This document shows positions 34,419 to 38,944 of a DNA stretch of 38,944 nt, piece by piece. This DNA comes from Eubacteriales bacterium (GTDB lineage: Bacteria; Bacillota; Clostridia; Oscillospirales; CAG-272): NCBI GenBank assembly GCA_045615165.1, contig JAZLEH010000172.1, forward strand, positions 1 to 38,944. The letters are read 5' to 3'. Each line of letters begins with the position of its first letter. The stretch's first letter is position 1. The position numbers were made by a program, and so were the translations under genes. Under the pieces are notes generated by a model. It was not told where the DNA came from. It saw only the letters and a list, made by a program, of their open reading frames with translations, and did no database searches.

Positions 34419-35498
34419 TCATCTGTCAAGCTTCCAAGCTTTTTTCGTGCGGAGCGGCTCTTTGAAGCGGCCTTCCATACATCCGCCCTTCTTTTCAAGC
34501 ATACTTACGCAAGCGCGTATGCAACCGCCGCACTTAGCCATATTGTAGCCGACCCAGCTCGGGAAATATTTCTGAAGTGCAAGATAAACGTTTGTAACCG
34601 TCTGCTCGTTTGCGTTAGTACCCGGTTTTTCAAGCACGTCAAGAAGTCCGTCCTCGTTCTTGTCGAATACCTCTTTGGGAACGAACGGGTTGAAGTATCT
34701 GCCCGCGTGGGTGTAGAACGCGTAGCACTTCCACATATCGATATCTCCCCACTCGCAGATCTTTCCTGCAAGGTTGACCGTCTTTTTCATCTCCGAATTG
34801 ATCGGGGGAATGCATCCGCCGGGGCACTCTCTAACGCACGCGCCGCACTTTCTGCAAAGCGGCTCGCCGGAGTACATCTCGTCGTATTCAAGCTCCGCGT
34901 CGGTGAAGATGAACGCAACTCGCTGAAGCGGTCCGAATTCGGGGGTAAGAAGCATTTTCGACCAACCTATCTCTCCAAGACCGCAGGCAACCGCCGCGAG
35001 TCTGAACTGGAACTGAAGATCCGGGGGAACTTTATCCTCCGAAACCTCACGGGTGAACTGAACGCTTCTGTGGTGCGCGGTCTTAGTTCTTGCGCGCTTA
35101 CTCGCCTCGATCTGCTCCTCGGGGGAGATCGTGTTTCCGGGGCTTCCGTCCATATCCGAAACGATACCTCTCGCACCTGTGTTTCTGTAAACGACGGCTT
35201 CATAGCCCTCGTCCTCAATAACTCTTCCTACGTGGTGAAGAACTGCGGGGGCGTATATCTCGTTGATACCGCCGTAAGCCATAGAGGGATACTGATAGAA
35301 CTGCGTACCCTCCTCAATTCCTCTCTGAACGCCCCTCGGAATTCTGAACGCAAATCCGATAACGCTCTTCGCGTTCGGGAAAAGGTATCTGGGATCCATT
35401 TCCTTGGGCGCACCCTCAAAGCGTGACATAGGCGCGATGCCGCATTTATCTGCTCCCGCCTCGTATGCCGCTTTCTTGATCATTTCACTGGTCAGCAT
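34419..35498 (-). CDS. RdhA/QueG-superfamily-like iron-sulfur protein (paralog 1)
   Basis: I prefer ATG 35498 (MLTSEMIKKAAYEAGADKCGIAP...). The track's TTG at 35510 falls inside the GGAGG Shine-Dalgarno. Motifs: NAKSVIGFAF, AAVACGLGEIGWSKMLLTPEFGP, CRKCGACVRECP, WKCYAFY, KCGGCIRAC. No Tat signal or TM helix. Confidence 0.6.
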   Translation of the reverse strand: MLTSEMIKKAAYEAGADKCGIAPMSRFEGAPKEMDPRYLFPNAKSVIGFAFRIPRGVQRGIEEGTQFYQYPSMAYGGINEIYAPAVLHHVGRVIEDEGYEAVVYRNTGARGIVSDMDGSPGNTISPEEQIEASKRARTKTAHHRSVQFTREVSEDKVPPDLQFQFRLAAVACGLGEIGWSKMLLTPEFGPLQRVAFIFTDAELEYDEMYSGEPLCRKCGACVRECPGGCIPPINSEMKKTVNLAGKICEWGDIDMWKCYAFYTHAGRYFNPFVPKEVFDKNEDGLLDVLEKPGTNANEQTVTNVYLALQKYFPSWVGYNMAKCGGCIRACVSMLEKKGGCMEGRFKEPLRTKKAWKLDR

Positions 35499-35536
35499 AT
35501 AAACCTCCAAAAAATGCTTAAATTTTATCCTCTGTA

Positions 35537-35565
35537 TTGACTATATCATAAATTGATGATATAAT
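35537..35565 (+). promoter_or_regulatory. near-consensus sigmaA promoter of the second AraC-family gene
   Basis: TTGACT (35537..35542), 17-nt spacer, TATAAT (35560..35565). Confidence 0.6.
35542..35563. promoter_or_regulatory. candidate operator: 8-bp perfect inverted repeat overlapping the promoter
   Basis: TATATCAT (35542..35549), 6 nt, ATGATATA (35556..35563). It spans the spacer and -10 of the AraC promoter in the divergent intergenic region. Confidence 0.3.
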
Positions 35566-35614
35566 CTATAATAAAACCATCAAAAAATATAACAAATCAA
35601 ACTTGGAGTGAAAA

Positions 35615-36460
35615 ATGGAACTTTATAAGCTCACCCCGCATATAAGGCACGCGCGCCGTCATATAGCAAAGATATTCACGCGCAGGGAGGTAACAATATG
35701 CTACGATGCCCGCCTCTTCTATTTTGAAAAGGTTGAGGGCTTCATCACGGCAAACGGAGCAAAATATAACGTATCAAATAAAACCGCGCTCTATCTTCCG
35801 CCCCTTACGAGATATACCTTTAATCTCAAATTTTCGCAAAACTCGGAGATAACCGTTTTCAACTTTGACCTGACGGATAAATACAGTCATATAAGGCAGT
35901 CGTTCGGCACGCCGACGGTCACCGAGTTCGATCCATCGTTAGCGCCGATCTATCCCGTTCCGTCCGAGTTTTCAAGCCCCCTTTCAATAAAGTCAAAGAA
36001 GATCGCGCCGCTTATCAGCTCATCTCTCGAAAGCTTTACTCGCGCAGGCGGCGTATATCTTGACCGCGCATCCGCATACCTTAAGCTCGTTTTGCTGGAG
36101 CTTATTGATTCAACCGAGCTTTCGTATTCCAAGCTCTGCACCTCTGTTATGGAATACGTTTCGCTTCATTATAACGACCCGCAGATGACGAACGCCTCGG
36201 TCGCCGAGGCTATGAATTATCATCCGTATTATATAAATAGGGTAGTGAAAAGCGAGCTTGGATGTCCACTCCGCGCCTATATCATCGACTATCGTCTTGA
36301 ACGCGCAAAGGAGCTTCTTTTGTCGCTTGACGATAACGTTTCCGAAATCGCCCTTAAATCGGGCTTCTCCTCCTCGTCCTATTTCGTGAAGCTTTTTAAG
36401 GAAAAGGAGTCCGTAACTCCCCTTGAATACAGAAAGAAAAACGCTTCCTTGCAACTTTAA
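35615..36460 (+). CDS. AraC-family transcriptional regulator
   Basis: 281 aa. The N-terminal region is cupin-like. The C-terminal HTH is ...VAEAMNYHPYYINRVVKSELGCPLRAYIIDYRLERAKELL...VSEIALKSGFSSSSYFVKLFKEKESVTPLEYRK. GGAGTG Shine-Dalgarno. It is divergent from the RdhA-like operon. Confidence 0.9.
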   Translation: MELYKLTPHIRHARRHIAKIFTRREVTICYDARLFYFEKVEGFITANGAKYNVSNKTALYLPPLTRYTFNLKFSQNSEITVFNFDLTDKYSHIRQSFGTPTVTEFDPSLAPIYPVPSEFSSPLSIKSKKIAPLISSSLESFTRAGGVYLDRASAYLKLVLLELIDSTELSYSKLCTSVMEYVSLHYNDPQMTNASVAEAMNYHPYYINRVVKSELGCPLRAYIIDYRLERAKELLLSLDDNVSEIALKSGFSSSSYFVKLFKEKESVTPLEYRKKNASLQL

Positions 36461-36493
36461 TCGATACTCCATATATATTTATCTATTTTCGGG

Positions 36494-36522
36494 TTGACAA
36501 TAATTCCACCATAAATTATAAT
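36494..36522 (+). promoter_or_regulatory. consensus sigmaA promoter of the tandem class-C GH20-like genes
   Basis: TTGACA (36494..36499), 17-nt spacer, TATAAT (36517..36522). An AAGGAGA Shine-Dalgarno precedes ATG 36554. Confidence 0.6.
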
Positions 36523-36553
36523 AAGGCTAACAGATTTTTTAAGGAGACCGTAT

Positions 36554-38182
36554 ATGAAAAAATACAAGCCTGAAACCTTTGGAGTGATGCTTGATCTTTC
36601 GCGTAATGCCGTGATGAGCATCGATTCATTTAAAAAGTATCTTGAATATCTCAAAAAAATGGGATATAACTGTGTTTATTTCTATAACGAGGATGCCTAC
36701 GAGGTAGACGGCGAGCCCTACTTCGGCTATCTTCGCGGAAGATATACTAAGGCAGAGATGAAGGAGCTCGACGAGTACGCATACTCCCTCGGAATAGAGA
36801 TCATCCCCTGCATACAGACTCTCGCGCATCTTGAATCATATCTTCGTTGGGAGGACAGAATTAAGGACGTAACCAATGTTCTTATGATAGACGAGCCCCG
36901 CACCTACGAGTTTATCGATAATCTTATCCGCACGGTGAGCGAATGCTTCCGCACTCGCAGAATACATATCGGTATGGATGAGGCGTGGATGCTCGGAAGA
37001 GGCAACCATCAGAAAAAGTACGGCATCGAGGACGAGATATCGCTTATGAAGCGCCACCTCGAAAAAGTTAACGATATAGTTAAAAAGTACGGATGCCGCT
37101 CAATAATCTGGTCGGATATGTTCATTCGCCCCTGGAATGGCGGTGCATATACGAAGATCGTTGACGGTAATGGCGTGCTCGAAGTTCCGAAGAACGTTAT
37201 CGATAGCGTTCCCGACGGAGTTGAGCTCGTTTATTGGGATTATTACAGTGAAGTGAAACAGCATTATTACGACCAGTTCGCAACCCACGCGCAGTTCGGT
37301 AAGGAGCTTTGGTTTGCGGGCGGCGTTTGGGCTTGGCGAAGCTTCGTTCCGAATAACCACTATTCAATACAGACGATGCTCCCCGCGATCGATGCCTGCC
37401 GTGAGTTCGGCATCAAGCACGTCGTTATGACGATATGGGGGGATAACGGATGCGAATGCTCGCGTTACGCAACTCTTCCCGCGCTCCACTATATCGCGGA
37501 GTATATGAGAGGGAATACCGACGAGGAGAATATCAAGGCAAAATTCAAGCGCATCTTCGGCGCGGATTACGATGCGTTTATGCTCCTTGACGAGCTTGAC
37601 GTTATAAACCTTTCCTACAATCGCAACGAAAGAGCCTCGCGTAAGGTCCTCTTCCAGGATGTTTTCTCGGGCTTCCTCGATACCGCCGTCAAGGAGGGAC
37701 ACGGAGAGGTGTTCGCATCTCTTGCCGAAAAGTACCGCGAATATGCGAAAAAGTACAGAAAATGGGCGTACCTCTTCGATAATACCGCAAAAATGGCAGA
37801 TGTTTTCGCTGTTAAATACGAGCTCGGCGTAAAAACGAGAAGAGCCTATAAGGCAGGGGATAAGGAGGAGCTTTTGAGGCTCGCAAACGAGGATTACAAA
37901 GTCCTTTCAAAGCGCCTTACGGCATTCCTCAAATCCTTTAGAAAGCAATGGTATCTTGAAAACAAAACCTATGGATTTGACGTTCAGGAAATGCGCGTCG
38001 CAAGCGTAAAGGTAAGAATCGATTCCTGCCGCGAACGCCTTCTTGATTACGCTAAGGGTAAGATCGATAAGATAGAAGAGCTTTGCGACGAGCTTATTCC
38101 GATCGGCGTTGACAGCGTTTTCTATAAAAAGAGCGACTACGACTTCCTCGCAACCACAAGCACCCTTTGGGGTCATCAATAA
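36554..38182 (+). CDS. GH20-like protein, class C (short form, catalytic domain only), no signal peptide
   Basis: 542 aa. GVMLDLSRNAV, IPCIQTLAHL and IHIGMDEAWMLG (G-x-D-E pair). It is a paralog of 21769..23640 without that gene's N-terminal domain of about 90 aa. Confidence 0.65.
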   Translation: MKKYKPETFGVMLDLSRNAVMSIDSFKKYLEYLKKMGYNCVYFYNEDAYEVDGEPYFGYLRGRYTKAEMKELDEYAYSLGIEIIPCIQTLAHLESYLRWEDRIKDVTNVLMIDEPRTYEFIDNLIRTVSECFRTRRIHIGMDEAWMLGRGNHQKKYGIEDEISLMKRHLEKVNDIVKKYGCRSIIWSDMFIRPWNGGAYTKIVDGNGVLEVPKNVIDSVPDGVELVYWDYYSEVKQHYYDQFATHAQFGKELWFAGGVWAWRSFVPNNHYSIQTMLPAIDACREFGIKHVVMTIWGDNGCECSRYATLPALHYIAEYMRGNTDEENIKAKFKRIFGADYDAFMLLDELDVINLSYNRNERASRKVLFQDVFSGFLDTAVKEGHGEVFASLAEKYREYAKKYRKWAYLFDNTAKMADVFAVKYELGVKTRRAYKAGDKEELLRLANEDYKVLSKRLTAFLKSFRKQWYLENKTYGFDVQEMRVASVKVRIDSCRERLLDYAKGKIDKIEELCDELIPIGVDSVFYKKSDYDFLATTSTLWGHQ

Positions 38183-38195
38183 AAGGAGAATCAAA

Positions 38196-38944
38196 ATGAA
38201 AAAATATAAGCCCGAAACCTTCGGCGTGATGCTTGACCTCTCGCGTAACGCCGTAATGAGCATTGATTCTTTCAAAAAGTATCTTGAATATCTCAAAAAG
38301 ATGGGATATAACTGCGTTTATTTCTATAACGAGGACGCATACGAGGTCGAAGGGGAAAAGTTCTTCGGCTATCTTCGCGGAAGATATACTAAGGCAGAGA
38401 TGAAGGAGCTTGACGATTATGCCTACTCCCTCGGAATTGAGATCATCCCCTGCATACAGACTCTCGCGCACCTCGAATCCTACCTCAGATGGGAGGAAAA
38501 CCTCCGCGACGTTCCGAACGTCCTTATGGTAGACGATCCCCGTACTTACGAGCTTATCGATAACCTCATCCGCACCGTGAGCGAGTGCTTCCGTACACGC
38601 AGGATTCACGTCGGAATGGACGAGGCGTGGATGCTTGGAAGGGGAAGACATCAGAAGATATACGGCGCAGAGGATCAGATATCTATTATGCGCCGCCACC
38701 TCAATAAGGTAAACGACATCGTTAAAAAGTACGGATGCCACGCGATCGTTTGGTCGGATATGTTTATCTGCCCCTGGAGCGGCGGAGTTTACACCAACCT
38801 CGGCGCAAAGGGCGTTGCCGAAGTTCCGAAGGATGCTATCGAAGCAGTTCCCGACGGAGTTGAGCTCGTTTATTGGGATTATTATCACGACACGAAGCAG
38901 CATTTCCTCAACCAGTTCGCAACCCACGCGCAGTTCGGTAAAGA
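38196..38944 (+). CDS. GH20-like protein, class C, tandem paralog (3' end beyond the window)
   Basis: ATG 38196 with an AAGGAGA Shine-Dalgarno. It reads MKKYKPETFGVMLDLSRNAVMSIDSFKKYLEYLKKMGYNCVYFYNEDAYEVEGEKFFGY...IHVGMDEAWMLG... and stays open to the window end. It is missing from the ORF track because it has no stop. Confidence 0.7.
   Translation, partial: MKKYKPETFGVMLDLSRNAVMSIDSFKKYLEYLKKMGYNCVYFYNEDAYEVEGEKFFGYLRGRYTKAEMKELDDYAYSLGIEIIPCIQTLAHLESYLRWEENLRDVPNVLMVDDPRTYELIDNLIRTVSECFRTRRIHVGMDEAWMLGRGRHQKIYGAEDQISIMRRHLNKVNDIVKKYGCHAIVWSDMFICPWSGGVYTNLGAKGVAEVPKDAIEAVPDGVELVYWDYYHDTKQHFLNQFATHAQFGK

Noticed and set aside
32532-35498. Calling the RdhA-like genes queG (epoxyqueuosine reductase) or an organohalide-respiration rdhAB locus
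   Set aside because: There are multiple tandem paralogs and no C-terminal HEAT-like tRNA-binding extension, which argues against queG. No Tat leader, no rdhB membrane anchor and no rdhC/K-type regulators argue against respiratory dehalogenases. Only superfamily-level similarity is claimed.
36457-38296. Repeated minus-strand ORFs beginning MRYSRYFL(N/K)ESMLITALRERSSITPKVSGLYFF (36457..36654 and 37907..38296)
   Set aside because: They are antisense to the near-identical 5' ends of the two tandem class-C GH20-like genes. The repeat comes from that duplication, not from a real gene family.
1-38944. Mobile elements, prophage remnants, CRISPR arrays, tRNA/rRNA genes, or direct repeats flanking the accessory loci
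   Set aside because: I found no transposase, integrase or recombinase ORFs, no regularly spaced short repeats and no tRNA-like cloverleaf candidates by eye. The only repeats are the tandem paralogous genes. A computational scan (tRNAscan, ISfinder, repeat finders) is still needed to exclude small elements.

Overview
This looks like a chromosomal segment from a Firmicute, probably class Clostridia. That placement is inferred from holB-ricT-trmN6-rsmI and metG-tatD-radical-SAM synteny, a clostridial 2x[4Fe-4S] ferredoxin and a LysM/YaaH-like gene. I support 32 protein-coding genes. Two are cut by the window edges and one is interrupted by a single in-frame TAG. By eye I found no rRNA, tRNA, CRISPR array, transposase or integrase.

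Layout:
- 1-853: small hypothetical genes and a YfcE-type phosphoesterase.
- 935-13722, accessory locus 1: an ABC exporter and two class-A GH20-like genes on the + strand. These converge on a minus-strand operon made of a fused two-module RdhA/QueG-like Fe-S protein and two class-B GH20-like genes. An AraC regulator is divergent from that operon.
- 13754-16569: an ABC exporter with a zinc-ribbon N-terminal domain, translationally coupled to a DUF1854 gene.
- 16768-21529: housekeeping block (membrane protein, rsmI, trmN6-like, ferredoxin, ricT, holB).
- 21769-23640: a class-C GH20-like gene.
- 23796-29655: metG, tatD, TatD-associated radical SAM, LysM/GH18-like, eno.
- 29795-38944, accessory locus 2: a minus-strand operon of three tandem RdhA/QueG-like Fe-S proteins, a beta-lactamase-fold serine hydrolase and a Gfo/Idh/MocA oxidoreductase. 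It is divergent from an AraC regulator followed by two tandem class-C GH20-like genes.

The main candidate for an undescribed system is the repeated link between cytoplasmic RdhA/QueG-superfamily Fe-S proteins (five modules in four genes) and cytoplasmic GH20-like hydrolases (seven genes in three divergent classes). Both loci carry an AraC-type regulator. No family assignment here comes from a database search. All rest on motif and architecture recognition by eye and need HMM or structure confirmation.
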